Assembly: GCA_963796285.1 (NCBI GenBank)
Contig: CAWCKW010000012.1
Span: 1,088,001-1,152,000, forward strand
Length of the DNA stretch: 64,000 nucleotides
Direction: 5' to 3'
DNA from: Nitrospirota bacterium
GTDB taxonomy: Bacteria > Nitrospirota > UBA9217
Shown here: positions 54,587-64,000 of the stretch, piece after piece
How the letters are laid out: every line of letters starts with the position of its first letter
Numbering within the stretch: the stretch's first letter is position 1
The notes under the pieces: model-generated
The model's input: the letters and a program-made list of their open reading frames with translations, nothing else
Databases searched by the model: none
Told to the model about the DNA's origin: nothing
Made by a program: the position numbers and the translations under genes

Positions 54587-55654
54587 TCATCGCAGCGTAA
54601 TGGCTTTCTCGGGACACATCTCCTGGCAGCAAAAGCAGGCAATGCAGATATCCGGATTCACCCGGGGAATATTCCCGACCATGGACAACGCCGATACCGG
54701 GCAATGATCAACGCACGTGCCGCAGCTCGTACACTTTTCCGGGTCTGCCTGGGGGCGAAGCATCGCCCGGCCATGGATCAGGGACTGCATGGTCTCGTTG
54801 CGCATTATGGCTTCGCCGCCCAGCGGGGGGAGTTTGAAATCAGGCAGGCGTTTCAGCTCCCCGATGATCTCGATCGTCTTGAGGTCGTAGTCGCCCAGGC
54901 CCGCCTCTTTCGCCTTCTGAAGGAAACGCAGTTTCCCCGGATCGCATCCCATCATGGTCGCAATGACGGCGTCGACGGCAACGGCATTGTCGGAGGCGAG
55001 GACCATGCCGATATCTCTGAGGTCGGGCGAGGCCGGGCCGTTGCCTTCCATCCCGACCACGGCGTCGACGATGAACAGGTCCGGCACCCTGAGCATGAAC
55101 ACCTCTACTATCATTTCATTAAAATCCTTCGGACTGCCGGCGGCCTTGTGCAGCATGGCCTTCTGGGCGCCGGGCAACAGGCCGTAACTGTTCTTGATCG
55201 CCCCGGTCAGAACGGTCAGGCCGTGGGTCTTGAATTTCGGCAGGCTGATGACGATATCGGCATCCAGCACGTCTTGCGACACGCTGACGAACGGCAGGTA
55301 TCTGGGATTGAAGGCGACCTTTCGGGAATCATTTCCGATGTTCTTATAATGGCCCTTGGCTGCTTCCATCAGGCCGGTCCTGGAAAAGCACTCCTCGTTC
55401 GCGCCGTAGTTGATCAGGCCCGGATTGTCTCCCACGATAAGGGACGCGGGGCCCATTGTTTCCACTTTTTCCACGACAGCGCGAAGCACGGCGGGATTGG
55501 TGACGATGCCTTCTTTTGATTCCGAGCTTCGGAGCACGTTGGGCTTTATCAGGACCTTTTTCCCGGATATGGCCAAGGGAAAGAGTTCAAATGCCCGGTC
55601 CACGGCTTTCCTGACATTCTCATAACTGGCGGGATGGATCATGACTCTTGACAT
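54587..55654 (-). CDS. DUF362 domain protein with C-terminal 2[4Fe-4S] ferredoxin
   Basis: VLIKPN, PKFKTH, MEGNGP; CTSCGTC..CP and CIACFCC..CP. Confidence 0.92.
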   Translation of the reverse strand: MSRVMIHPASYENVRKAVDRAFELFPLAISGKKVLIKPNVLRSSESKEGIVTNPAVLRAVVEKVETMGPASLIVGDNPGLINYGANEECFSRTGLMEAAKGHYKNIGNDSRKVAFNPRYLPFVSVSQDVLDADIVISLPKFKTHGLTVLTGAIKNSYGLLPGAQKAMLHKAAGSPKDFNEMIVEVFMLRVPDLFIVDAVVGMEGNGPASPDLRDIGMVLASDNAVAVDAVIATMMGCDPGKLRFLQKAKEAGLGDYDLKTIEIIGELKRLPDFKLPPLGGEAIMRNETMQSLIHGRAMLRPQADPEKCTSCGTCVDHCPVSALSMVGNIPRVNPDICIACFCCQEMCPEKAITLR

Positions 55655-55796
55655 ACAATCGTTCTCCCATGAAAGAAAAATTCCGCACCTGACCCTGAAT
55701 GGTTCTTTTGCTGCAGGGCGCTTCAATATAAGCCTGATGCAGAATCATGTCAATGATGTCTTATGAGTAGAGAGGGTAATGTGCGACACGAGAGGG

Positions 55797-56339
55797 TCAG
55801 TGGCCAATAGATTCCGATATATGCGCAAGCACTCGTTCAACTCGAGTCTTTGGACTGCCTGTTACCTCCAGCACGTCCACCTCGAAGTCGAATGAATTTT
55901 CCAAAATGATCTCTTTGAGTTTTTCGTCAACGCGCCGCCGGAATGCGGCGTCCTCCTGCAGCGGGAGAACTATCCGATCGGGCTCTTCGATGGGGATGAA
56001 GACGACCAGATCGAGCTTCCTGATCGCAGCTTGAACGCGAGGCAGCCATTTTTCGAGATCGAACGCTTCGGCGTCGGCATGCGTCAGGAGGTAGCCCAGG
56101 ATGTCGGCTGGACATCGGTCGAAGATGACGTTCGGCTCGTTCTCGTCCAGGAGCTCGATGGACCGCTCCATTTGCAGCTCGAAGTCTTCGAGAGAAGGGA
56201 TTTCAGCAAACTCGTACCCCTCCTCCTGCAACAGGTGGTAAGGTTCTTCGACAATGGTATACTGCGGAAGCGCTTCGGACAACGCCTCGACCAGTGTCGT
56301 CTTGCCTGAAAAGTGAGTGCCTGAAATGGCGATCCGCAT
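55797..56339 (-). CDS. P-loop ATPase/kinase (AAA_28, NadR-like)
   Basis: GTHFSGKTT Walker A; IFDR. Confidence 0.85.
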   Translation of the reverse strand: MRIAISGTHFSGKTTLVEALSEALPQYTIVEEPYHLLQEEGYEFAEIPSLEDFELQMERSIELLDENEPNVIFDRCPADILGYLLTHADAEAFDLEKWLPRVQAAIRKLDLVVFIPIEEPDRIVLPLQEDAAFRRRVDEKLKEIILENSFDFEVDVLEVTGSPKTRVERVLAHISESIGH

Positions 56340-56412
56340 AATCGGAACTCAACCTTGAACCGCGATGGCGGTAAAATTCTTGCCTTTTGAATAGAATTTA
56401 ATTTTTAGTTAC

Positions 56413-56549
56413 TAACAGGTTGTTGAAAAACTATTTTCGCAGGCTAAAGCCCGCGGCTACCAAAACGGAACATATTGATTTTGCATACGGTAGCCGCACC
56501 CTTTAGGGTGCGTTTGTGTAGGATCGAGCCCTTTTTCAACAGCCTGCTA
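56413..56549. mobile_element. MITE with 18-bp TIRs enclosing an inverted pair of GTAG-type REPs
   Basis: TAACAGGTTGTTGAAAAA / TTTTTCAACAGCCTGCTA (16/18 match); REPs at 56438-56460 and 56490-56512. Confidence 0.8.
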
Positions 56550-56554
56550 AACTG

Positions 56555-57796
56555 TCACGATATCGACTTCCTATTTTTTCTCCCCAAGTCCGGCAAAAAG
56601 GCGGTGAACACGCCGAGCAGGGGCAGATACGAGCACAGGTGATACACGTATTCGATGCCGTAGTGGTCCGCGATCTTGCCGAACACGGCGGCGCCGATCC
56701 CGGCCATGCCGAAGGCGAAGCCGAAGAAGAGGCCGGATACGGCGCCCACGTTGCCGGGAATGAGCTCCTGCGCGAACACGAGAATGGCCGAGAAGGCGGA
56801 CGCAAGGATAAGCCCGATAATGAAAGCGAGAATGCCGGTCCACGCGAGGTTCGCATAGGGCATGACAAGGGCGAAGGGCGCAGCGCCCAGGATCGAGAAC
56901 CAGATCACGCGCTTTCTGCCGATGCGGTCGCCGATAGGCCCGCCCATGACCGTGCCGATCGCCACTGCGAACAAAAAAGCGAACAAATGCAGCTGCGCCG
57001 ATTGCACGGACAACTGGAACCGGTGCATGAGATAGAAGATATAGTAGCTGCTGAGACTCGACAGATAAAAGAACTTGGAGAAGATCAGGACCAGCAGTAC
57101 GAGCATCGACAGGACGACCGTGCGCGTGGGCAGGGTCGGGTGCAGGCCGGTATGCGTCTTCGGCCGGGGTCCCCCGCTTGCCTGCTTCCGCTTGTACCAG
57201 CCGCCCACCTGCCACAAGACAGCAATAGCGAGCAGGGCCGCGAGCGAGAACCACGCGACGCTTTTCTGTCCCCGCGGGATGATGATCCATGCGGCAAGCA
57301 GCGGTCCCATCGCGCTTCCCGTGTTCCCGCCGACCTGGAAGATCGACTGGGCCAGTCCGTGCTGCCCGCCCGAGGCCATGCGGGCCACGCGGGACGACTC
57401 GGGATGGAAGACCGACGAGCCGGTGCCCACGATCGCGGCGGCGAAGAGCAGCATCCCGTAAGTTTGCGCTGTTGCCAGGACCAGGAGGCCGATGAGGGTG
57501 CATCCCATGCCGAAGGCCAGGGAGTACGGCTTCGGCTGGCGGTCCGTGTAGAACCCGATCATGGGCTGGAGCAGCGAAGCGGTGACCTGGTAGGTCAGCG
57601 TGATCAGTCCGATCTGCGCAAAGGTGAGCTGGAACGTTCCCTTGAGCAAGGGATAGATCGCAAGGATCAGGGACTGGATCATGTCGTTCAGAAAATGCGA
57701 AAAGCTGATGGCGCCCAGCACCCGGTAAGCAGTGCGCCTGGCGCTCTTGGGAGCGCTGTCGGCTTTTTCTTCACTGTTCTTGACGCTGTTTTGCAT
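56555..57796 (-). CDS. fsr: MFS transporter, fosmidomycin resistance family
   Basis: SHFLND, QIGLITL, FHPESSR, AQSIFQVGGN and GDRIGRK motifs. Confidence 0.92.
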   Translation of the reverse strand: MQNSVKNSEEKADSAPKSARRTAYRVLGAISFSHFLNDMIQSLILAIYPLLKGTFQLTFAQIGLITLTYQVTASLLQPMIGFYTDRQPKPYSLAFGMGCTLIGLLVLATAQTYGMLLFAAAIVGTGSSVFHPESSRVARMASGGQHGLAQSIFQVGGNTGSAMGPLLAAWIIIPRGQKSVAWFSLAALLAIAVLWQVGGWYKRKQASGGPRPKTHTGLHPTLPTRTVVLSMLVLLVLIFSKFFYLSSLSSYYIFYLMHRFQLSVQSAQLHLFAFLFAVAIGTVMGGPIGDRIGRKRVIWFSILGAAPFALVMPYANLAWTGILAFIIGLILASAFSAILVFAQELIPGNVGAVSGLFFGFAFGMAGIGAAVFGKIADHYGIEYVYHLCSYLPLLGVFTAFLPDLGRKNRKSIS

Positions 57797-57971
57797 GGTG
57801 TTCCTTACAAGAGAATAATAGTTGTGAATGCGGAGCGTAACGCCGCGAGAACGGTTTCAGGCCGTCGAGATATTACCATGGAAGAAACCGCTTTGCCACT
57901 CTTTACTGCAATGGAGAAGTAAGAAGCAGGAAATGGGGCGTGGGGAATAAAGGGTGAAGATCCGGCAATCG

Positions 57972-58157
57972 TTATACTTCGTCCTCCTGTGAAACCTGGA
58001 CAGATGGGAACCCCTCTTCATCGACGATTACGCGAACCGTGATCGGCTTACAGCAAACCTGACAGTCTTCGATATACGTCTGCTTTCTTACGGAGCAGTC
58101 GACGAGAAGCTCAATAGGCTCGCCGCAATAAGGACACGTGCTGTTGACCGGTTCCAT
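57972..58157 (-). CDS. CPXCG motif cysteine-rich protein
   Basis: CPYCGE...YIEDCQVCCKP. Confidence 0.88.
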   Translation of the reverse strand: MEPVNSTCPYCGEPIELLVDCSVRKQTYIEDCQVCCKPITVRVIVDEEGFPSVQVSQEDEV

Positions 58158-58412
58158 ACCAAACGCCGCCATACATCACCTCAACGGCATTATACGTTAA
58201 CCGCAGCGAATAAAGCAACGCCGACCCTTCCCGTTGGCGATGGAATAGTGTCATCTTGAATTCTCTCTGGTCCCTGGCCGCATTGACAACGCTTCTTTCT
58301 CCTGCTACATTTTTCAATATGGAGAAAACGATGATTTCGCCGCAACGGTAATGGAGTACGTCGACCCGACGAGGTCAATATCCCGGAGATGACAAAAAAG
58401 GAGGAATAACAC

Positions 58413-58697
58413 ATGAACGAAGACATGGACAAAATGATTTCCCGCCGCTCACTGCTTAAAGGCGCCGCTGCAGTAATGGGCGTCGCACTGGTATCGACTT
58501 TCGTTGGCAAGGCACGCGCAGCAAAGTCGACCAAGGCCGCCTTGAAATACCAGGACACTCCGAAGGGCGATATGAAATGCAGCAATTGTATTATGTTCAT
58601 CCCCGGCAAGACACCATCGGAAGACGGTGCCTGTCAATTGGTGGAGGGTTCGATCAGCCCACAGGGCTACTGTACCGCGTGGCTCAAGAAATCCTAG
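58413..58697 (+). CDS. high-potential iron-sulfur protein (HiPIP), Tat-exported
   Basis: SRRSLLK Tat motif; YQ, CSNC...C..V.G.I...GYC.AW. Confidence 0.9.
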   Translation: MNEDMDKMISRRSLLKGAAAVMGVALVSTFVGKARAAKSTKAALKYQDTPKGDMKCSNCIMFIPGKTPSEDGACQLVEGSISPQGYCTAWLKKS

Positions 58698-58797
58698 CGC
58701 AGCGTCTCGTAAACAAAACATATGCGTAGAGTAAAGAGCTGGTCACTTGACCAGCTCTCCTTGTTTTAAAGGTACGGGGCTTTTCGTGAAGAACCCG

Positions 58798-58963
58798 CTA
58801 GTGTAGTGTCTCTCAATTGACTGGTTTTATAAAATCTCCCCTTTCCCTCTTTTTCAAAGAGGGGGAATGACCTTGCCCCGATGCCTTCCTTTGGAAAAGG
58901 GAGGTTAGGAGGGATTTTCTAAGGTCTGCAATAACACCATTTGTTTGAGAGACACTACACTAG
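58798..58963. mobile_element. 166-bp MITE with perfect 19-bp TIRs (IS630-like ends)
   Basis: CTAGTGTAGTGTCTCTCAA ... TTGAGAGACACTACACTAG; two internal hairpins. Confidence 0.85.
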
Positions 58964-59108
58964 GGGAACGTTGTTAATTGCATCACTTTTTATATGGGGA
59001 TCATTAGTAATACCTTCATCTTATTGACTTTAATATAGGGTCGCGGTTTACTGTAATGATGAAGTGGTTTTACAGCCTCAAGATTTTTTCTTGGAAAGGA
59101 GAATTACC

Positions 59109-59660
59109 ATGAAAAAGCATGAAGGCAAAAAAATGGACATGCAGGCGATGATGGAAGTATACAAGAAGGTGGGAACTCCGGGTGAGCCTCATAAGCTGCT
59201 GTCGAAACTGGAGGGAAGCTGGACCACCAAGACCACGGGTTGGCTGGAAGGCAAGCCGGCCATGGAATCGACCGGCACGTGCGAGCAAAAACTTGTCCTT
59301 AACGGCCATTACCTGCAGCAGATCTATACCGGCGAAATGATGGGAGCGCCATTCTCCGGCATAAACCTCCTGGGGTACAATAACCATACGAAGAACTACG
59401 AGTCGGTCTGGCTCGACTCAATGAGCACGGCCATCTATCTCTTCGTGGGCAAGGGCAGCGCGGATGGCAAGACCATCACGCAGGAATGCAGCTACGACGA
59501 CCCTGTCAGAGGCCCGGCTGTCTGGAGCAGCGTGACCAAGATCAAGGACGACAATACCCTGGAGTTTGCGATGTTTATCACCCCCAAGGGTGGTAAGGAA
59601 GAGAAGATGATGGAGATGACGGTTGCACGGAAGGAAGCCGTCGCTCGCAAGGCAGCATGA
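59109..59660 (+). CDS. DUF1579 domain protein
   Basis: PGEPHKLL...GSW, GYNN...Y.S.W.DSM.T motifs; AAAGGAG RBS. Confidence 0.88.
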   Translation: MKKHEGKKMDMQAMMEVYKKVGTPGEPHKLLSKLEGSWTTKTTGWLEGKPAMESTGTCEQKLVLNGHYLQQIYTGEMMGAPFSGINLLGYNNHTKNYESVWLDSMSTAIYLFVGKGSADGKTITQECSYDDPVRGPAVWSSVTKIKDDNTLEFAMFITPKGGKEEKMMEMTVARKEAVARKAA

Positions 59661-59883
59661 GGGGAGTGAGGAGTTGTCCCCAAAAATGTCCAATAGGTTC
59701 CTGCGTTCCGTACAGGTTCCTGTTGACTCGATATGAACATTCTGCTACAGTTGCGTAGTGTAACTGTCAAACACTACGTTTCAGCGAAACAACACGACAT
59801 ATCAACCGGTTCGAAACGGATGTACCTGCGTGTACATCCGTTCACCCGGGTTCTTAGAACGCTCAGCAGAAGGGAGATACTGC

Positions 59884-60252
59884 ATGGCAGTTATTGCAGA
59901 AATTGAAAAGGGAATTGGCTCCCACGGTTTGTGGAAGGCGCACCTGAGGCGTGCCATTGAAACAGGTACATTCGATGCCTCTATCGACACCGTCCGAAAA
60001 GACGACCATTGTGACTTCGGTAAGTGGCTATATGGTTCAACGCTTAGTGATATCGACAAGGCATCGAATTCATACAAGGCGGTGAGGGACCTTCACGAAG
60101 AGTTCCACCGGACGGCGGCCAAAATCGTCGATCTTGCTTTGTCCGGAAGGAAAGACGAAGCCAGAAAAATGATAGCCCATGATGGAGAGTATGCCTTGAT
60201 ATCTTCGAAACTTACGGCTAAGATGATGGAATGGAAAAAGAGCCTTTCTTAA
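59884..60252 (+). CDS. standalone CZB (chemoreceptor zinc-binding) domain protein
   Basis: HGLWK, CDFGKWLY and HEEFH motifs. Confidence 0.9.
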   Translation: MAVIAEIEKGIGSHGLWKAHLRRAIETGTFDASIDTVRKDDHCDFGKWLYGSTLSDIDKASNSYKAVRDLHEEFHRTAAKIVDLALSGRKDEARKMIAHDGEYALISSKLTAKMMEWKKSLS

Positions 60253-60267
60253 CAACTCCAGCCGGCT

Positions 60268-61309
60268 AGCCCCTGCCAGGAAGTCCACGATCCTTGTTAT
60301 TTTTCTGCACCCCAGTTCACAGGTCCGCGCAGTCATGCACTGATGTTACCAGTTATCACCCTCTTCTGCTGCCGCAGCGCTCCACCCTCGCCATTGAACA
60401 GGGCTCGGCCGCGCCTGCCTGGTCTTGTGGATTAATTATCATTATCGAGCATCGCATGTATGTGCGCGAACCTGTTCATGGGATGCAGGGGGTTTTGAAA
60501 AAGCAAAAGCTTCAAGTATATTCTTTTTGCCCCCCCATGCGAAAATTTAGGCGGGCGACCGAGTCCGAGGGTTAAGCATTTCGGATGTCCGAAGCCCGAA
60601 GGTCGGCGAGCCTGCGCCCAGCGTCTATGAGTGCGCACGCGCGAATGCAGGGTGTTTCCGAAATGTACTGAGGACGACCGAGCACGCCGTAAAGAATTTT
60701 CGCCGGGTGCCCTTCTTTGGGTCACCTTTCTTGGGCACGCAAGAAAGGTGACAAAGCTGAAGCAAGCCCCTGCCACGAAGTCCACGATCCTTGTTATTTT
60801 TCTGCACCCCAGTTCACAGGTCCGCGCAGGCATGCACTGATGTTACCAGTTATCACCCTCTTCTGCTGCCGCAGCGCTCCACCCTCGCCATGTGAACAGG
60901 GCTCGGCCGCGCCTGCCTGGTCTTGTGGGTTAATTATCATTATCGAGCATCGCATGTATGTGCGCGAACCTGTTCATGGGATGCAGGGGGTTTTGAAAAA
61001 GCAGAAAGCTTCAAGTAACGATCTGCACCACGGTTCTTTTCTGCCCCCCCATGCGAAAATTTAGGCGGGCGACCGAGTCCGAAGGTTAAGCATTTCGGAT
61101 GCCTGAGCCCAGCGCTGACGAGTGCTCGGCGCGAGTGCAGGGTATCTGAGCCGGGTTGCAGCCTGCGGCGAGCGTGTACGAGTTAGCGTTTCGATGCCCG
61201 AGTGCAGGGTGTTTCCGAAATGTACTGAGGACGACCGAGCACGCCGTAAAGAATTTTCGCCGGGTGCCCTTCTTTGGGTCACCTTTCTTGGGCACGCAAG
61301 AAAGGTGAC
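60268..61309 (+). repeat. composite repeat array 2 (modules Y-X-Y-X)
   Basis: Y at 60268-60500 and 60766-60996; X at 60530-60752 and 61044-61309. Confidence 0.92.
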
Positions 61310-61413
61310 TGACAGCAATGGGGTAGTTGCAGGGGGCAATATTAGGGGTAAATCTCATTCAGTGACAATACAGTCATCAAGTGAGATTTGATCCCGTTTT
61401 TTATTTTCTCGTG

Positions 61414-62191
61414 TTAGAGGGTATTCAGATAAGCGATGAGATCTTCCACTTCGTCTTCCGTGAGATAGGCAAAGGACGGCATGCTCCTCATCGGCTGCCG
61501 GAGCTGAAATCGAATGCTCTCGGCAGTGGCTGGATTATTGCTCTTCGGAAGTGTGCGCCCTTTCAGAATTCCTTTCAGACCCGGCCCCACGATCGTTCTG
61601 GTGCTCAAGGGATCGTGGCAGGTCGAGCACCGGGCAGCGAAGAGTGTCCTGCCCAGCTCGATGCTCAGGCGGTCGGTCCTGATCGGCAATCTGCCCGGAC
61701 CGCCGGTGCGCACGACCGTAAGGAGCGGGCCGCGCAGTTGATAATAGAGGCTCTTGTCCACTGACCGGTCCTGGCCGAAACGGGTCATTATCAGGAAGTA
61801 TCCGCCCGAGATACCGATCATCACGATGCTCATGATCCCGATCACGATGCCGATGGTCTTTGCCTGCGCGTAGAACTGGCGAAAGCGACGGATGAAAAGC
61901 ACCTTGACAACGATGAGCGTCAAGATGGCAAGGGCAAGCGCGATATGGACCACGGCGCGGGGGGAAGGCTCTGCCTTTGATAGCGGCGGCGAAGTCGACG
62001 CACAGATACGAGATGAGGAAAACGATCAGTAAAAAAAGATAGCCCGAGGCCTTATGGCGGAGCTTGATGCGGGCGACGTTGTCAACAGCCGCGCCTCCGA
62101 AGACTTGAAACATGGTATACATGCTGTAAACAGCAGGCAACAGCAGTACGAGAGAAAGGAGCGCTTTGATGTGAAAAATGGTCATAGACAA
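61414..62191 (-). CDS. membrane protein with C-terminal monoheme cytochrome c, +1 frameshift near 61981
   Basis: ORF 62191.. (TM helices, HK..GY) joins ORF ..61414 (CSTCH, GPGLKG, MPSF) through AEPSPRAVVH. Confidence 0.8.
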
Positions 62192-62273
62192 TATCCTGGG
62201 AACCTTGGGGCCGTTGTGGCCCGGTTTGACTTGCCCTTACCGTGTTCTTTTGAAACTTTGCTTTAGACTTCCT

Positions 62274-62597
62274 TCATAACAGCTTGCAGAGCCCGTCAAT
62301 TATATGCCTTTGGATTCCGTCCGCCAAGCGTTGCGCACTTGCTTTGGCCGCGACATCCAGCTCGATGGTCTCCAGTTCTGTGAGAACATCCATCTTCGTC
62401 ACAAGCCTTTTAAAACCAGCGGGTGTCAACTGGCCTGCTGCAAGCATGGTGGTCCAGTGTTCAATATTTACCGCCTGCAATCTCACAAATTCCGACTTAT
62501 CTTTCTTGGCAGAACTGATAAGTTCCTTGAGCTCATCTTTCGCCAGCGTCGAGGTCTCATCCTTGAAGCCGTCGATGTAATCAGTGAACTTGCTCAT
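62274..62597 (-). CDS. hypothetical helical protein (partner of the upstream lipoprotein)
   Basis: AGGAG RBS before ATG 62597. Confidence 0.7.
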   Translation of the reverse strand: MSKFTDYIDGFKDETSTLAKDELKELISSAKKDKSEFVRLQAVNIEHWTTMLAAGQLTPAGFKRLVTKMDVLTELETIELDVAAKASAQRLADGIQRHIIDGLCKLL

Positions 62598-62684
62598 GCA
62601 GGCTCCTAGCCCGGACAAGCCGGAATTGGAAATTGAAGAGTGGAAATTGGTAATTGAAAATTTAAAAACAGACGTAACAGACTA

Positions 62685-63164
62685 TTATTTATCCTTGTTC
62701 TTCAAGTTCTCTGTCGCTATGGCAATATCAAAGGCCTGCCCGAGAACTACCGCTGCTTGCTGAAAATACTTTGGGCCAAGTTTCGCCCCCCTGTTTTCCT
62801 GGTAATCCGCTACATCCGCGTTCAGCAATTTCTGGATCTCATTAAACTGCTGCATGGTTTTGCTGTTGGCGTTCCCTTTCCCCTTCTCGTATTCGTAAGC
62901 CTTGCGAAATTTCAGGGCAAGGTCTACCAGTGCCGCCTCATTGCCGGCATAGGGTTTTGTATCGAACGTCTCAAAAAGCATCATGGTCTCTGCTTTAAGA
63001 TCGGTCAGGTTTTTGTAAGTAGTAGTGTCGTGGTAGGCGAGGGGGATGGCACAACTTGTGAGCAACGTGCTCGTGAGCAACATGCCGGCAACGAGCATGA
63101 AAATTGATCGTGTAATCGAGCTCTCTCTGCTCCAGAGATCGGCTCTCGGCACTATAATAGGCAT
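62685..63164 (-). CDS. putative lipoprotein
   Basis: LTSC lipobox; helical. Confidence 0.75.
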   Translation of the reverse strand: MPIIVPRADLWSRESSITRSIFMLVAGMLLTSTLLTSCAIPLAYHDTTTYKNLTDLKAETMMLFETFDTKPYAGNEAALVDLALKFRKAYEYEKGKGNANSKTMQQFNEIQKLLNADVADYQENRGAKLGPKYFQQAAVVLGQAFDIAIATENLKNKDK

Positions 63165-63487
63165 GCGGGTTTTTCCCCCTTCATCCCCGCCCTATCCCCC
63201 GAAGGGGTGCAGGAAACGGCTTTGGGCGGGCGTGACGTAGTATATATAAATAGGCGAGGTTTCTGTAGCTAACGTACTATAAAAGAACGGACATGTCAAA
63301 GACATTCATGGAGGGAAGACAAAACTGAGGCTGTTCATATTACAGCGCGTCACTGGGATTATGGAGCGAGGCTTTGGCAGGATGTATGCCGGGTCTTTGT
63401 TGTGTCATCGGCCTCTCAGCTTCTCCGCTTGATCCGCCACAATGCGGCGCGGTCAAGGGCGGGAGGCCGTGAACTTCGGTGCACCCG

Positions 63488-64000
63488 TTAGCCCTGGCGC
63501 TTTCGTTCGGCCAGCAATTCGGTGAATTCTTCGGGGGGCAGCGGTTTGCTGAAGAAGTGCCCCTGCGCCTCGTCGCACCGGGCTTCGGTAACGCTGGAAA
63601 GCTGCTCCGCGGTTTCCACGCCCTCGGCAACGACCGATATATTCATTTGATGGGCCATGGCGGTCACTGCGCCGACGATCGCCCGGTCATCCGGATCGAG
63701 GGCGATGTTCTTAACGAACGTTTGATCTATCTTGAGCCGTTGGATCGGCAGCCTCTTCAGACGGCTTAGCGATGAATAACCCGTGCCGAAATCATCAATG
63801 GTGATGCGGATCCCCTTCTGTGCCAGCTCATGCAGGCGGCTGATCGTGCTCTCGATATCCACCACCGCGGTGCTTTCCGTAATCTCGATATCCACGGAGT
63901 TCGGCGGCACTCCCGTTTCATCAAGGATCCTCGTTATCGTGTCCGCAAAGCCGGGCTTCTGAAATCCCCGGGAAGAGAGGTTTGCCGCAATGGAAAAGGG
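63488..64000 (-). CDS. EAL-domain c-di-GMP phosphodiesterase (C-terminal part)
   Basis: ANLS, EITES, DDFGTGYSSL, LKID, VAEGVET and QG motifs; runs off the window. Confidence 0.92.
   Translation of the reverse strand, partial: PFSIAANLSSRGFQKPGFADTITRILDETGVPPNSVDIEITESTAVVDIESTISRLHELAQKGIRITIDDFGTGYSSLSRLKRLPIQRLKIDQTFVKNIALDPDDRAIVGAVTAMAHQMNISVVAEGVETAEQLSSVTEARCDEAQGHFFSKPLPPEEFTELLAERKRQG

Noticed and set aside
53623-54707. Short ORFs inside the repeat arrays (also 60070-61391, 20332-20882, 26492-26802)
   Set aside because: Frames are not conserved between copies and lack an RBS or motifs; treated as non-coding.
53671-61309. X/Y arrays as CRISPR
   Set aside because: Units are 150-270 bp rather than 23-50 bp, spacing is irregular, and no cas genes are present.

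Overview
A 64-kb bacterial accessory region with no housekeeping operons, rRNA, tRNA or CRISPR. The gene content suggests an anaerobic or microaerobic Nitrospirota/Desulfobacterota-like organism (inference only). It is a mosaic of mostly single redox, stress, signalling and envelope genes: TrxB, CcpA, KatG, HiPIP, an 11-heme cytochrome c, HD-GYP/EAL proteins, an adenylate cyclase, PolX, MscS, HtrA and Fsr. Main hidden signals: (1) Four genes that the ORF track splits are selenoproteins read through in-frame UGA codons, each followed by a SECIS-like hairpin. They are a DsbA/FrnE protein (UxxC), MsrA (GUFW), an AhpC-type peroxiredoxin, and a rhodanese-like protein with two UGAs one codon apart (U-A-U). 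(2) A decayed IS110/IS1111 element has a 3' non-coding (bridge/seek RNA) region that appears to carry two tandem target-binding loops plus a donor loop. The guides match its own insertion site and empty AGACCTGACCC(T/C)A sites elsewhere in the window, and an orphan copy of this RNA region lies at 18.4-18.6 kb. (3) Several families of structured, nested non-coding repeats and MITEs are present, with an attC-like remnant inside an exact 128-bp direct repeat and several gene-end duplications. At least five genes carry single-base frameshifts, which may be assembly indels, so single-nucleotide claims need read-level confirmation.
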